From: an uncultured Eubacteriales bacterium
GTDB taxonomy: Bacteria; Bacillota; Clostridia; HGM11514
Length of the DNA stretch: 64,000 bases
NCBI GenBank assembly: GCA_902492655.1
Contig: CABUMF010000007.1
Location: 1,191 to 65,190 of the forward strand
Direction: 5' to 3'
Below the pieces are notes generated by a model. It was not told the DNA's origin. It searched no databases and saw only the letters and a list, made by a program, of their open reading frames with translations. A program made the position numbers and the translations under genes. Below are positions 18,242-29,082 of this stretch, piece by piece; the first letter of the stretch is position 1; every line of letters starts with the position of its first letter.

Positions 18242-21200
18242 TTATTTAACCAATCTGTAGATAAGGCTTGCCGCCTGAGCACGGGTTGCGTTGGCGTTCG
18301 GTGCGAACGTACCGTCACCCATACCGGAGATAAGACCTACCGAGGAAGCCGTATCAACAGCCGCCTTAGCCCACTTTGCTATATCAGCCTTGTCGGAGAA
18401 TGCTTCGATACCGCCGTTAGCGCCTGCCTTACCAAGGTAAGAGTAAGCGTTCACGATGATAACAGCCATTTCCTGACGGGTGATGTTATCGTTCGGTCTG
18501 AAGTAGCCGTCAAAGCCTGTGATAATGCCTGCATCTGCGCAAGCGCCCACATAAGGAGCGAACCATTCGCCGTTTACATCCTTGAAGGAAGCTTCCTTAT
18601 CGGGGAGCTTGAGAGCTCTTGCGATAATAGCGGCAAATTCTGCTCTTGTGATGTTGCGGTCAGGTTCAAAGAGGTTGTCGGAAACGCCCGAAACAATACC
18701 TGCCTTGTTCATAGCCACAACCTCAGCCTTAGCCCAGTGGTTAACCATGTCGATAAACGGATTGTCGGCATTGGGGCTTGTGGTGCTTCCGGAGAAGAAG
18801 CCGTTGCTTCCCGTACCTGCACCGCCGCCGTTTACGGCAACTCCGCCGATTGCTCCTCCGGGGCCTTGACTTTCTTCATTGGAATTATTTACGCTTACCT
18901 GGAATATAACAAACTCCGTAATGAAGTTAGACCATATAACAAGGTCATCGCCGACATTAAGTTTCGCCGCACCTAAGCCTTCGCCTATAGCAGCCTGAGC
19001 CGAAGCTGCGGAATCCTCCTCAGCCTTTGTCTTAATCTCGACATACTTGCCCGTTTCATCCTTGTAGTAAATTCTCTTGCCCTTAGCGCCGGGGAATGAG
19101 AATCTTACAAGAGCGTCGGAAGTTATAAACTCATCGCCCGTCGAGTAAACACCCTCAACCGTTATAGCATTTGAAGGCAGAGCTCCGCTTGGTGATTCTA
19201 AGAAATGCGGAGGGGTGAAATATGAGAACAGTTCATTGCCGGTAAATTCAGCAGCTTCGGGTACATCCATTGTTGCCGGACCTTTCGGGGTATCAACTCG
19301 CGCTTTTATTCTTGGAAGAGGTTTGCCGTTTTCCATTTGGAGCGTAAGCTTAGCGTTGTTGCTTACCACAAATTCAGCATTTCTGATATCGTAGTTGATT
19401 TTATAAATCGTATCGCCGGTAACATCAGCGCTGCTGTTTGCGCTTTCCTTAGCTGCAGCAAGAGCCTGATTTATAACAAGCGTCTGTCTGTCAACCGCAA
19501 TCTGGGTTGTAAGCTCGTCGGCTGCAACTTCCTTACCGTCGGAAACAGCCTTATTGAGAGCTTCAATCTTATCTGCGGGATACTGACCGTAATCGCTTCC
19601 TATCTTAGCAAGTTTGAGGAATGCTTCAGCGCCTGCGATAGCCGTGTTAAGACCTTCATAATCCACAACAGCGGGAGAAATCACAACATTGATGTTGGAT
19701 GCCTCTTGCGTGTGGTTAGCAAAGCCGAGAGCACCTACCTTACCTAAGAGTGCAGTTCCGTAGGTCTCGTCATAAACGAGCACGCCGTCAACATAGATAA
19801 GAAGTCTTACGCCCTCTGTGGTATCAACCGCACCGAAAGCGATTTCGTAATCCTTACCGAATTCGGTAAAGAATGTGTTGTCAGCGGAATAGAACGGAGT
19901 TGTCTGTTCGGGCTTCCATTCCTGAGCCTCATATGTGTCGTTGTGGAACCACATAAGGAATCCGGAATTACCGTTAGCCCAAATCTGACCGTTATAGCCG
20001 TTGGATCTTACATATGTTGCAGCCTGGAGAATATGAGCCTCATCGCCGGGGATCTTGGTTACGCCGGAATCGTCGGTGAGTTCAAATCTCATTCTGAATG
20101 TGAATATCTTGTTAAGGTAAAGCTCATCGGTGTAAAGAACCTTTGTCTGAGCAGGGATTGTGAGAGTACCGTTTTCAAATACAGCCGCACCACCCTGTGC
20201 ATAGGTCCAGCCGTCTTTATCAGCCAGCATATCCTTAATGTTAAGGTATTCCAATGTTGAAATCTGCGCAAGCTTAAATGCGTCGATAGCATTCTTAAGA
20301 GCACGAACTGCGTTGTTCACTTCGTACTGATAAACGTTGTTATTAGCGAACACATCAGCGGCACTATTAAATTCAGTCTTGAATTTAGCGAGAGCCTCTG
20401 CGGGATACATACCGTCTCCCTCACCAACAACCGCGGACTTAATGAGAGCGTCAGCCGTTTCGAGAAGCTCGGAAAGCTCACTCTTGTCAACAGCGGAGGA
20501 ACCTGCGGAAATCTGAATAGGAGCAGATTCAATCATTTTGCCGTAGCGGTTATCCTTATCGTAAGGAATCATTGTGTACTTAACGAATTTACCTGCCTGG
20601 AGCTCAGAGAGGAGAATTTCGTTGTCGCCCTTGCCGAGGATTCTCGTATAAGGACCTTTCTCGCTTTCAGCCTCGTACCATACAAATACCGAGTGACCTT
20701 CGGGATCGCCGTCGGGATCGGAGTAAGAGTAAGAAGCCTTCAATATTCCGCCGACCGCAGGGTTACCGATAATCTTAGCGTCGGCAGCCTTGGGAGCGTA
20801 GCCTGTGCAGTAATCGTCATAACCTACGCCGATTGTGCTTGTGTCGATGTTTTCAAAGCCCGTTGCGGACTTTCTAACCTCTGCAAGACCTTCCTCTGTA
20901 AGAGAGAAGTCCTTACCGTAGTCCTTGAAGATAGACTTTCCGTTTACAACGTCGGTTGAGGAAGCGTAGTTATTTGAAACAACCTCGTTTCCGGTACGGG
21001 AAATACCCTCGGGTCTGTTCTTCAGGTTCTTGATATTTACGTTGTTATCGAATGTGTTTGACTGAGACGGAGCGAAGGTTTTAACATATTTAACCATTCC
21101 GTCATAGTCCTTAGCGTTTGCGAAAGCGAACATCTTTTCAGCTTTTTCCGAAGAGAAGTTACTGAAGAAGGGTTCCCAAATAGTTCCCTTGTAGTGTTCG

Positions 21201-24200
21201 ATCCAGGCTTCGTTTTCGCAGTAGTTCTTAATCTTGTTCCACTGAGAGCCGTTTACATTAAATGTCCAGTTGCCGGCAGAGCCCGAAGGCTTGCAGTCAT
21301 AGTTATAGGTAATGTACTGACCCTGCGTGGGAGAGTCGAAATTCGTTCCAACCCATGACTGGAAGTAGTTCGAGCAAGGATTGTCAACAAAAATGTTGTT
21401 GTGAACGTTGTAATACTGACCGCCGTTAGTCTTAATCGGGTAAGAGGAGGTGGAGCCGCCTCTGTCCTCGGTAAGAGTTGCGCGGTAGAAAATATTGTTG
21501 TAGATGTCGGCACCGAAGTTACCGTCATCGCCGAATATCGACTGGTTCCAGCCGCCGTTGTAGAGGTTACCGTTATCGTGGAAGTAGTTGTTCCTGATTA
21601 CGATACCAAGTACCGACGGGTCACGGCCCCAGTAGATAGCGCCCATATCGCCGTGTTCCTTAACGGAGTTGTAGATTTCGTTGTATTCCATAACATGATC
21701 GTTACCGCCGAAGGAAATAGCCTCATGCTGGTTGTTGTAGATGATGTTATGAGAAACCAAAACGCCTACGCCGTTCATGGCAACAGCGGGAGAATATGAA
21801 GTTTTGGTTCTTGCGTTATCCGAGAAAATGCTGTTGCTTACAACATTGTTGCTCTGTGTCAGTGTTTTTCTGTCGCCTCCGCCGATTGAAATACCGCCGT
21901 AGCCTGTATCGTAAACATGGCACTTGTCAACGGTGATGTTGTAACCGGAGAGGGATGCGGCATTTGAACCGCCGTGAGCCATAACGCTGTCACGGAAAGT
22001 AATGTGATTTCCGTTATTAACATTGATAAATCTTTCCCTTGAATTTCTGAAGTTGATGCCGTCAAATGTGATATAAGAAGCACCGTTCATAGAAATCATG
22101 GAGCCGGTGTATGTTGAAAGCTCAACATCCTCGGTACCATCTATGGGATTTGTGGGATAGAAGTAAGCAATCTTTCTTTCCCTGTCGATGAAGCTTTCGC
22201 CGGGCATATCAATTTCCTCAAGAATGTTGAAGAAATAGAGCGGTAAACCGCCTGCGGTCTGATAGGAAGTACCGTACTTTGTCATAAACGACTTGTCGGT
22301 TGCATCTATAGAGCCTATCTTATAAATATTTGAGTACCAATGGTAGGCAACATGGAGGTCAACCATACCGTCATCAACAACAGCCTGAGTATTCCAGAGA
22401 GCAGTTCTGTTTTCGGGATCGGGGTAGCCAACCTTTGAAGGCTGAGTCTTATCTGCGCAAACAACTCTTTCGGAATTAATCATAGCCGTGTCGGGCTCAT
22501 CGTTGGGCCATCTTGCGTCGATGAGGCGTTCGTTGTTGACAATAAGATCCATTGCACGCCAACTGTTTGTGAATATAGGCGAGCCGTTGCTGTTCCAGCC
22601 GTATTCGGGGATAGACGGAATTACGCCTTTGTATTCGGAGAGGTCAATCTTATAAAGATTAGCTCTTGCCTGGTCGTCAATGATTCTGTCGAGAATCTTG
22701 TTGCCGTACTTATCCTTATCATCCTCGGTAACCTTTGAAATCTTGTTAGCCGAGATTTTCTGTGAGCCTACAAAGTCAACCTCTTCGTTGTTGTAAGCCT
22801 TGTAAACGATAGTAGTGTTTTCGTTACCGGAATCAGAGGCTGTGAAGGTGATAGCCGAGGTAATGGGGTATCTTCCTTCTCTGAAGTAAACAGTTACCTC
22901 GCCTGCCGGAAGAGCCTGAGCGGCGATCATAGCCTTGATTTTTTCCTTAGCCGGTGTAATTGTAGCGAAAGGCTTACCCATTGAACCGTCGCCTGTTGAA
23001 TCGTTACCGTTTGGAGCAACGAAGAATGCAAGCTCGCCTACAAAGAAGGGAGTTGAAGGCACATTCTTCCAAATGTTTCCTGCCACACTCTTAGCTGTAA
23101 CAACCGCTCTTATGTTCTTGGCGTTGTCGGAAGCCTTTGTAACATAAGTCTTGCCGGTTGCGCCTTCGATGTCTTCCCAAACCTCGCCGTTAAGTACCTG
23201 CCATTTTATCGTGGAATCGTCAGCGTCCTTACAGGAATAATCATAGCTTACTGTAAGAGTAGAGCCGATTTCCTTATTTCCCGTAACCTTAACGTTTGAA
23301 ACAACGGGAGTAGCATCGGTAATTGTTTCGATGTCGATTACAAGCTCTTTTGCGGCGATTTTGTTTGCGGGGATTGTAAACTCAAGAACCGAAGGATCTT
23401 CAAGATTAATTTCCTCGCCGCCGAAGGTAATGGATTTAACGGAATCGTTTGCATCGCCCGTAAGCTTAATGGAAGCCTTAAGTCCGTAGTAATCGTTAGC
23501 CGAAACGGTGCCGTTTGCGGTAAGCTTAACAGTTTCGTTTGTATAAGTATTTGTTGTGAAAGTAACCTCAGCGTTTCCGTTAATTTTAACGGGGATGTTG
23601 TAGAATGCGGCATCAGCCTTCATTTCAACATCGTCCATCTGAAGCTCAAGCCCTGCATCCTCGAAAGCCTTGTTGATAGCGGCTTCACGCTTAGCGGATT
23701 TAAGAGGTGAGCAATCCATGCCGAAGTTCCATTCCTTGCAAAGCTCTGCTCTTGTAAATTTACCGCCGTTTTCCTTAAGACCTTCCTCGTCGCCGTAGAG
23801 GTCGGAATCGGTTATGGTGAACTTATAAGAGTCTGCATTTTTTAAGCCTTCGCCCATGTAAGCCTTGTTTTCAACCAAAAGCTTTGTGATTGCATTATAG
23901 AAGTTCGACTGCATAAACAAGCCGTTGATTGTAGCGGAAGGAATATCGCTTTCGCCGTCCCACAAGCCGTAGGAAATACCGCTGTAGCCTACAGTTTGCC
24001 AGCCCGTAGCGGAGTCATAAGCAGAAACGCTCTTAATAGTTGACGAGCCTTCCTGGGTGTTGTGCTGACCGTACCACTGACTTGTTTTAACGGGGGTAGA
24101 GCCGTTATAAGTCTTAAGGTAGCCGCCGCTCATAGCGTTAAAGCCGGAAGAACCCTTGACGATAGAGAAGTAATCGCCGTTGTTAACGCCTCTGTACTTC

Positions 24201-26971
24201 CAGGTAAAGGAGTAGCTCTTGCCGTTTATGTATTCTACTTTGTCCGAAATATTGAATCTGTACTGCCAAACCTCGGAGCCGGGGCGTTTGTCTGCGCCGG
24301 CAACCGTTGCGGCATCGGAGCCCGATATGTTTTTAAGGGTATAGTAGTGATTATCGCCTTCTGTTTCAATGCCTGTACCGCCCGAAACATTGGCTGCTCC
24401 GTCCTCGAAGTCCTCGGAGTAAACAATAACCGTGCCTTCCGTACCTGCCTCGCGGAAAGCAACCTCAATCAATGCATCGGCGGTAACGGCAAATACAACT
24501 GTGCCGCCGTCAGCGGAAATATCCGCTATCTTACCGTCAATCTTGAGGTAATCCACCTTGTAGCCGGAGTCGGGAGTAACCGTAATTGATACATCCGAGC
24601 CGTTTACAACCGAAGTTGCAGCTCCGTCGTCGGAAATTACCTTTCCGTTTACGGAAAGCTTACCGCCCACGCCTACATTGGCGGTTACGGTACGCATCTG
24701 AGCAGTCTTGGTTGAAACCTTGATTGTCGAAGCGTCCGTAAATTTATATTTTGTTTCAAAAGATGATGCATTTTCGGTAATTTCCTGTACCGCACCGTCA
24801 ATTTCAACAGAATTCAAAACATAGCCTTCCTTGGCGGTGATAGCAATACCCGACTCAAAGTTCATCGGAACCGCAATGCTTCCGCCGTTGGTGGCAGTCT
24901 TTTTGTTAACGGAAACGGTTGCACCGTCGTCAACTGTAACGGTAACATTCTTTGTTTCCGCAAGAGTTGTAACCGAAAGATTGTCAAAGCAGATTTTGAG
25001 GTCTTTCTCTTTAAGGAGAGTACCCAAAGCCGTAACTGCGGCATCTCTGTTAACTGTTCCGTCGGTTGTGTTTGCATCTATAGCCTGCTTTGTAAGCTGA
25101 TAGAGAATAGAGCTTGCATCCGTGCCGTTATTGAAGCCCTTGAACTCAAATTCGTTGTTAGAAAGACCTATTTCTGTCAAAGGCTCACCGTCAACACGCT
25201 TTGTAAATGCGCTGATAGCAGTAAATGCAGGAGCGGCAACGCTTCTCCAGCCGTCCTCACCGAGGGAGCCTGCATTACTGTTGTAGAACTGAGTATAGTT
25301 AGCGGTGTCATTGGGAACCCAAGAGTACCAGCCGTTCTTATCCCATTCGTTAACACTGCCGCCTGTGAAGTTAAAGAAAGTCTGAGCCGGCGAAACATTG
25401 GTTAACGAAGTGCCGTTTTGGGTGTACTTATAGCTGTAAGAAACAGTATAAGCTCTACCGATGTCAAACTTATATCCGGGATTTTTAATGCGGAATCTCG
25501 GATAAATGTCTTTGACGTTGCCCTTTGCGATATAAAGATCAACCAAAGCTTCGGGCTTGAAATTCTTTATTACAAGATAAACATTGCCGGTTGAATCAGC
25601 TTCAACAGCACCGTCATATCTAACAGAATCATGTATTTCCCAACCGCCGCTTAAAGCGCCGGGAGTAAAGTCTTGGAAATCCTCACCGTAGATTTCAACT
25701 TCCTTTTCGCCTGCCTTAACTCCGATTTTAATATTAGCACCTCCTGCGATTTCGGAGGGAGCGATAGTAGCTTTGAAAACATCGCCGTCCTGAACGACTT
25801 TAACATCCTTATCGTTGTATGTAACGGAAGGAACGCCGTCAGTTGAAATTTCTAATGTAAGACCGAAGTAATCGTTAGCGGTAAACGTACTGCCGCTTGG
25901 CACAATGTTAGATTCCTCGCAGCCAGAGCCCGTGTTTGTTATAGCACGAACTGTAGCGTCACCCTCAACATTAACAGTTTGATTGTAATATGTTGTTTCA
26001 GCCGAAATTCTAACGTTATCTATACCGAATCCGAAGTTTGCATCTTCCAAAGCCTTTGCAAAAGCTGCGGATCTCTTTGCTGATTTAAGAGCGGAGCAGT
26101 CCTCTCCGAGGCTCCATTCTTTGCAAAGCTGCTCGGCTGTAAATTCACCACCGTTAGCAACCAATCCTTCCTCGTCGCCGTAGAGGTCACCAGACTCGAT
26201 AGTGAAGGTGTGACCTGTAAGAGGAACACCAGCTGAAGCTTCAAAGCCGCCACCCACATAAGCCTTGTTGTCCTTTAAGAGCTTAAGGAGGGTATCTGAA
26301 ATACCAACCTCAAAGAAAAGGTTACCGATAGAGCCAACCGTTCCGTCGGGAGCGGGAGTAAGGTCTGTAGCGGAAGTGGTCAGAAGATAGTTAAAGGGTT
26401 TTCCCGTATATCTTCTCCAACCGCTTGAAAGATCCTCCTGTGTCTGAACAGCCTTATCGCCCGTGTTATTTTCCCCTGTGTAAGCATTAAGGGATAAATA
26501 ATACTGGTTGATAGCGTTCCACTTGTCACTTCTCCAACCGAGAATCTTGTTTGCGGTTGCCATACCTTCGATGCCCGAAGTACCTGCTCCCAAAGCGGAA
26601 ACCGTACTTCCGGAAACCTTAGCAAGGTCCCAAGAAAGTGCGTATTTCTTTCCTGAGATGTAGGGTATGTTTTTACCGACCCTAAGCCTGTAGCCAAGCT
26701 CAACACCCGGTCTTTTGTCGACTGATGTAGACTTAGGTGCCGAAGCAAGCTCGTCGGGGTCTATTGACACGGCACCGTACTTATTTCCGGTACCGTCATC
26801 GAGGACGCTGTTAATCTTGCCGGCATCCGAAGCCTGCAAAGTACCGTCCTCAAAGTCTCGTAAAAAGACTGTGATTGTACCGGGCGTGCCGCCTTCTGCC
26901 AAGACAGAAAATGCCGTAAGACACGACATAACCATGAGCATAGCCAGTACAAGGGTTACTACTCTCTTCAT
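18242..26971 (-). CDS. Giant (2909 aa) SLH-anchored cell-surface protein: signal peptide, two copies of unrecognised domain A, Ig-like domains, right-handed parallel beta-helix domain, ConA/LamG-like domain, three C-terminal SLH domains
   Basis: Signal MKRVVTLVLAMLMVMSCLTAFSVLA; beta-helix repeats (NNIIYNNQHEAISFGGNDHVMEYNEIYNS); three SLH repeats at C-terminus (FIDMVNHWAKAEVVAMNKAGIVSG..., FKDVNGEWFAPYVGACADAGIITG..., FSDKADIAKWAKAAVDTASSVGLISG...). Confidence 0.8.
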   Translation of the reverse strand: MKRVVTLVLAMLMVMSCLTAFSVLAEGGTPGTITVFLRDFEDGTLQASDAGKINSVLDDGTGNKYGAVSIDPDELASAPKSTSVDKRPGVELGYRLRVGKNIPYISGKKYALSWDLAKVSGSTVSALGAGTSGIEGMATANKILGWRSDKWNAINQYYLSLNAYTGENNTGDKAVQTQEDLSSGWRRYTGKPFNYLLTTSATDLTPAPDGTVGSIGNLFFEVGISDTLLKLLKDNKAYVGGGFEASAGVPLTGHTFTIESGDLYGDEEGLVANGGEFTAEQLCKEWSLGEDCSALKSAKRSAAFAKALEDANFGFGIDNVRISAETTYYNQTVNVEGDATVRAITNTGSGCEESNIVPSGSTFTANDYFGLTLEISTDGVPSVTYNDKDVKVVQDGDVFKATIAPSEIAGGANIKIGVKAGEKEVEIYGEDFQDFTPGALSGGWEIHDSVRYDGAVEADSTGNVYLVIKNFKPEALVDLYIAKGNVKDIYPRFRIKNPGYKFDIGRAYTVSYSYKYTQNGTSLTNVSPAQTFFNFTGGSVNEWDKNGWYSWVPNDTANYTQFYNSNAGSLGEDGWRSVAAPAFTAISAFTKRVDGEPLTEIGLSNNEFEFKGFNNGTDASSILYQLTKQAIDANTTDGTVNRDAAVTALGTLLKEKDLKICFDNLSVTTLAETKNVTVTVDDGATVSVNKKTATNGGSIAVPMNFESGIAITAKEGYVLNSVEIDGAVQEITENASSFETKYKFTDASTIKVSTKTAQMRTVTANVGVGGKLSVNGKVISDDGAATSVVNGSDVSITVTPDSGYKVDYLKIDGKIADISADGGTVVFAVTADALIEVAFREAGTEGTVIVYSEDFEDGAANVSGGTGIETEGDNHYYTLKNISGSDAATVAGADKRPGSEVWQYRFNISDKVEYINGKSYSFTWKYRGVNNGDYFSIVKGSSGFNAMSGGYLKTYNGSTPVKTSQWYGQHNTQEGSSTIKSVSAYDSATGWQTVGYSGISYGLWDGESDIPSATINGLFMQSNFYNAITKLLVENKAYMGEGLKNADSYKFTITDSDLYGDEEGLKENGGKFTRAELCKEWNFGMDCSPLKSAKREAAINKAFEDAGLELQMDDVEMKADAAFYNIPVKINGNAEVTFTTNTYTNETVKLTANGTVSANDYYGLKASIKLTGDANDSVKSITFGGEEINLEDPSVLEFTIPANKIAAKELVIDIETITDATPVVSNVKVTGNKEIGSTLTVSYDYSCKDADDSTIKWQVLNGEVWEDIEGATGKTYVTKASDNAKNIRAVVTAKSVAGNIWKNVPSTPFFVGELAFFVAPNGNDSTGDGSMGKPFATITPAKEKIKAMIAAQALPAGEVTVYFREGRYPITSAITFTASDSGNENTTIVYKAYNNEEVDFVGSQKISANKISKVTEDDKDKYGNKILDRIIDDQARANLYKIDLSEYKGVIPSIPEYGWNSNGSPIFTNSWRAMDLIVNNERLIDARWPNDEPDTAMINSERVVCADKTQPSKVGYPDPENRTALWNTQAVVDDGMVDLHVAYHWYSNIYKIGSIDATDKSFMTKYGTSYQTAGGLPLYFFNILEEIDMPGESFIDRERKIAYFYPTNPIDGTEDVELSTYTGSMISMNGASYITFDGINFRNSRERFINVNNGNHITFRDSVMAHGGSNAASLSGYNITVDKCHVYDTGYGGISIGGGDRKTLTQSNNVVSNSIFSDNARTKTSYSPAVAMNGVGVLVSHNIIYNNQHEAISFGGNDHVMEYNEIYNSVKEHGDMGAIYWGRDPSVLGIVIRNNYFHDNGNLYNGGWNQSIFGDDGNFGADIYNNIFYRATLTEDRGGSTSSYPIKTNGGQYYNVHNNIFVDNPCSNYFQSWVGTNFDSPTQGQYITYNYDCKPSGSAGNWTFNVNGSQWNKIKNYCENEAWIEHYKGTIWEPFFSNFSSEKAEKMFAFANAKDYDGMVKYVKTFAPSQSNTFDNNVNIKNLKNRPEGISRTGNEVVSNNYASSTDVVNGKSIFKDYGKDFSLTEEGLAEVRKSATGFENIDTSTIGVGYDDYCTGYAPKAADAKIIGNPAVGGILKASYSYSDPDGDPEGHSVFVWYEAESEKGPYTRILGKGDNEILLSELQAGKFVKYTMIPYDKDNRYGKMIESAPIQISAGSSAVDKSELSELLETADALIKSAVVGEGDGMYPAEALAKFKTEFNSAADVFANNNVYQYEVNNAVRALKNAIDAFKLAQISTLEYLNIKDMLADKDGWTYAQGGAAVFENGTLTIPAQTKVLYTDELYLNKIFTFRMRFELTDDSGVTKIPGDEAHILQAATYVRSNGYNGQIWANGNSGFLMWFHNDTYEAQEWKPEQTTPFYSADNTFFTEFGKDYEIAFGAVDTTEGVRLLIYVDGVLVYDETYGTALLGKVGALGFANHTQEASNINVVISPAVVDYEGLNTAIAGAEAFLKLAKIGSDYGQYPADKIEALNKAVSDGKEVAADELTTQIAVDRQTLVINQALAAAKESANSSADVTGDTIYKINYDIRNAEFVVSNNAKLTLQMENGKPLPRIKARVDTPKGPATMDVPEAAEFTGNELFSYFTPPHFLESPSGALPSNAITVEGVYSTGDEFITSDALVRFSFPGAKGKRIYYKDETGKYVEIKTKAEEDSAASAQAAIGEGLGAAKLNVGDDLVIWSNFITEFVIFQVSVNNSNEESQGPGGAIGGVAVNGGGAGTGSNGFFSGSTTSPNADNPFIDMVNHWAKAEVVAMNKAGIVSGVSDNLFEPDRNITRAEFAAIIARALKLPDKEASFKDVNGEWFAPYVGACADAGIITGFDGYFRPNDNITRQEMAVIIVNAYSYLGKAGANGGIEAFSDKADIAKWAKAAVDTASSVGLISGMGDGTFAPNANATRAQAASLIYRLVK
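25862..26971. repeat. About 1.1 kb DNA repeat (copy 2) of 16880..18017
   Basis: As above; direct orientation, both encode the 5' domain A of adjacent genes. Confidence 0.6.
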
Positions 26972-27016
26972 TTCATTACCTCTTTCCTTAATTATTTTAC
27001 CTTAAACGGCAAGCGG

Positions 27017-27030
27017 ATGACTTAAGTCAT
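27017..27030. promoter_or_regulatory. Perfect 14-bp palindrome ATGACTTAAGTCAT upstream of giant gene start
   Basis: Read directly; lies about 45 nt upstream of ATG 26971 in its promoter region. Confidence 0.25.
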
Positions 27031-27204
27031 TCACTTAAATTCATTATATCATATAAAATAACTTTTAGCAAGGACAAAGCGGTTCGCATATTGCACAAAT
27101 TCCGTTACACGTTTTTGTTGATTATAACCAAACAATGAAACAAAAAAGTACCTCTTTTGAAAAAAAGCTTCCTATTATATATATTAAAAAAACCCCTTGT
27201 TTTA

Positions 27205-27254
27205 TTTTCAAGGAGGAAAAGCAAAAAGAAAGCGAGAGCAGTCGCTCTCGCTTC
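27205..27254 (-). terminator. Terminator of 27269..28942 gene
   Basis: Hairpin gaaagcgagagc..gctctcgcttc followed by U-rich tract on minus strand. Confidence 0.45.
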
Positions 27255-27268
27255 CCAAATTCAAAGTA

Positions 27269-28942
27269 TTAATTTGCATTCATGTAAGGAGTAAATGTAT
27301 AAGTGCCGTCAGCTGTGATAGCATCACCGAACACTCTTATTGCAAATGAACCGTCTGCCGCAATGCTAACCGCAGGAAGTTCAAGAGAATTTGTACCGTC
27401 CGAAAGAACAATGCCGGCACCTGCAACATCCAAAGTGCTGTAGTTGTCAATCTTTGCATACTGGATATAGTTTACCTGGTTGTAAACCGTTTCGCCGATT
27501 GTAAAGCTGTCAGCCTTTTGGTTTGCACCCTTAACGAGTGCGGGAATTTTTGGCGGAATTACCTCAAATTCAACATTGAGAACCGCGTCAGAGGTAGGAG
27601 AAATTGTAATCTGGCTGGCAGCTTCACGGTCGGCAGGAGTGATGTCCTCGTTATTATAGGTAACGGAAGCTATCTGGTAACCGCTGTCGGGAACAATATC
27701 AAGCTTAACAGCTGTTCCGGATACAACGGGAAGGCTTTCGTTGTTTGCAAATGTATAGGGTTTAGCGGAATTTTCCACATCCCCTGCCTTAACGGAACCG
27801 TTTGCTCCAACCTTAACGATTGTGTCAACTGTGTTTGATTCAAGCTTCTGAATTTTCATATCAGTAAAATTAACCAGGAAATCGTCAGCTGTATTACCGA
27901 GTCTGAGCTGAAGATTTGTGGTTGAGTAGTCTGCCGTTGCGCTAAGATCCGAGGGAGCAAAATCAATATCGAAATGAGTTCTTGTCTTTGTAGTAGCGAA
28001 ACTATATTGTTTGTAATTGCTTGCATCTCCGTTGAAGAACATCAAATAGTTCGTTGCACTGCTTGCAGAAGCTGACGAATCAATCCAAGCGTCAAAGGAA
28101 AGTCTGTACTTGCCTGTTGCCTCAAATGTATATGCCTGATTAAGCTTTATTGAAGGATTTTTATAGTTTAACTTAAAGATTTTATCTCCGTCTGTATCGG
28201 TTAATTCTTCAAACGAAGGGCATACACCTTCTGTAGCATTAAAATGGAAGTCGTCTGCGCTGTCTCTTGAAATATAGGTATAATTCTTTGTTACATAGTC
28301 GCTTCCCTCGCTCTTGTTTGTAACGAGCTTCAAATCCTTAATGTAAGCTGTGATGTTTTGGGGCATACTCATGTGGAAACGAATCATACCGTAATAAGTC
28401 TTTTTTGGGGATGTGAAGTAAGACTGAGTTGTTAAAGGAGTCTGGAAATCAAGCTTGTAAGTCCATTCGGTGTAGCCTTCAGCATCGGTTTCACCCTTAA
28501 CAACGGAATCTCTCGAAATAGGGAAGTAATTACCGCCCCAAAGCTTCGAGCCTGATGTATAACTGGGATCATCGGTGTTAATACCGTAAGCTCCGATACC
28601 ACCGTAACCGTCCATCGCAACACCCTTAATCTTGTATTTAAGAGTATATGTAGCTGTTTCGTCAGCTTCCACCGGAAGTATGTACCAGTTTACCTGCAAT
28701 CTTCCGTTTCCTTCATACTTGCACGCATTTTCCGTTGCGTCCCAGGAAACGGATGCACCTTGACCACCCCAACCGTATGTGCTAACATCGGCTGCGGACG
28801 AAAGTGAAAGAATAGTTCTTTCGTAATTTTGAGTTTCTGCGGCAAAAGCAACAACACTGATGCATGAAAGAATCATACAAAGCGTCAAAGCAAGTGCCAA
28901 AAGTTTGGATAATTTTTTCATTTTGATAGTGCCACCTTTCAA
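27269..28942 (-). CDS. Secreted protein (557 aa), paralog of 30071..31741; beta-sandwich-like N-terminal region, Ig-like domain and unrecognised shared C-terminal roughly 90-aa domain
   Basis: Signal MKKLSKLLALALTLCMILSCISVVAFAAE; C-terminus IPPKIPALVKGANQKADSFTIGETVYNQVNYIQYAKIDNY...TYTFTPYM shared with two other proteins. Confidence 0.7.
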   Translation of the reverse strand: MKGGTIKMKKLSKLLALALTLCMILSCISVVAFAAETQNYERTILSLSSAADVSTYGWGGQGASVSWDATENACKYEGNGRLQVNWYILPVEADETATYTLKYKIKGVAMDGYGGIGAYGINTDDPSYTSGSKLWGGNYFPISRDSVVKGETDAEGYTEWTYKLDFQTPLTTQSYFTSPKKTYYGMIRFHMSMPQNITAYIKDLKLVTNKSEGSDYVTKNYTYISRDSADDFHFNATEGVCPSFEELTDTDGDKIFKLNYKNPSIKLNQAYTFEATGKYRLSFDAWIDSSASASSATNYLMFFNGDASNYKQYSFATTKTRTHFDIDFAPSDLSATADYSTTNLQLRLGNTADDFLVNFTDMKIQKLESNTVDTIVKVGANGSVKAGDVENSAKPYTFANNESLPVVSGTAVKLDIVPDSGYQIASVTYNNEDITPADREAASQITISPTSDAVLNVEFEVIPPKIPALVKGANQKADSFTIGETVYNQVNYIQYAKIDNYSTLDVAGAGIVLSDGTNSLELPAVSIAADGSFAIRVFGDAITADGTYTFTPYMNAN

Positions 28943-29082
28943 AATAATTTTTATATTTTAATTATAGCACGAAAAATATTGAAGATAATAGAAAAAAAGT
29001 ATTGCAAAATATCAAAATAGTATGGTATAATATAAAAAAAAGAAATTTTTTTCTTGCGCTATAATAAAAACTGTTAAAACAG

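Noticed and set aside
19337-25398. Numerous 60-175 aa ORFs on both strands inside the 8.7 kb giant gene
   Set aside because: The giant ORF is continuous with a coherent domain structure (signal peptide, beta-helix, SLH). The internal ORFs are frame artefacts.
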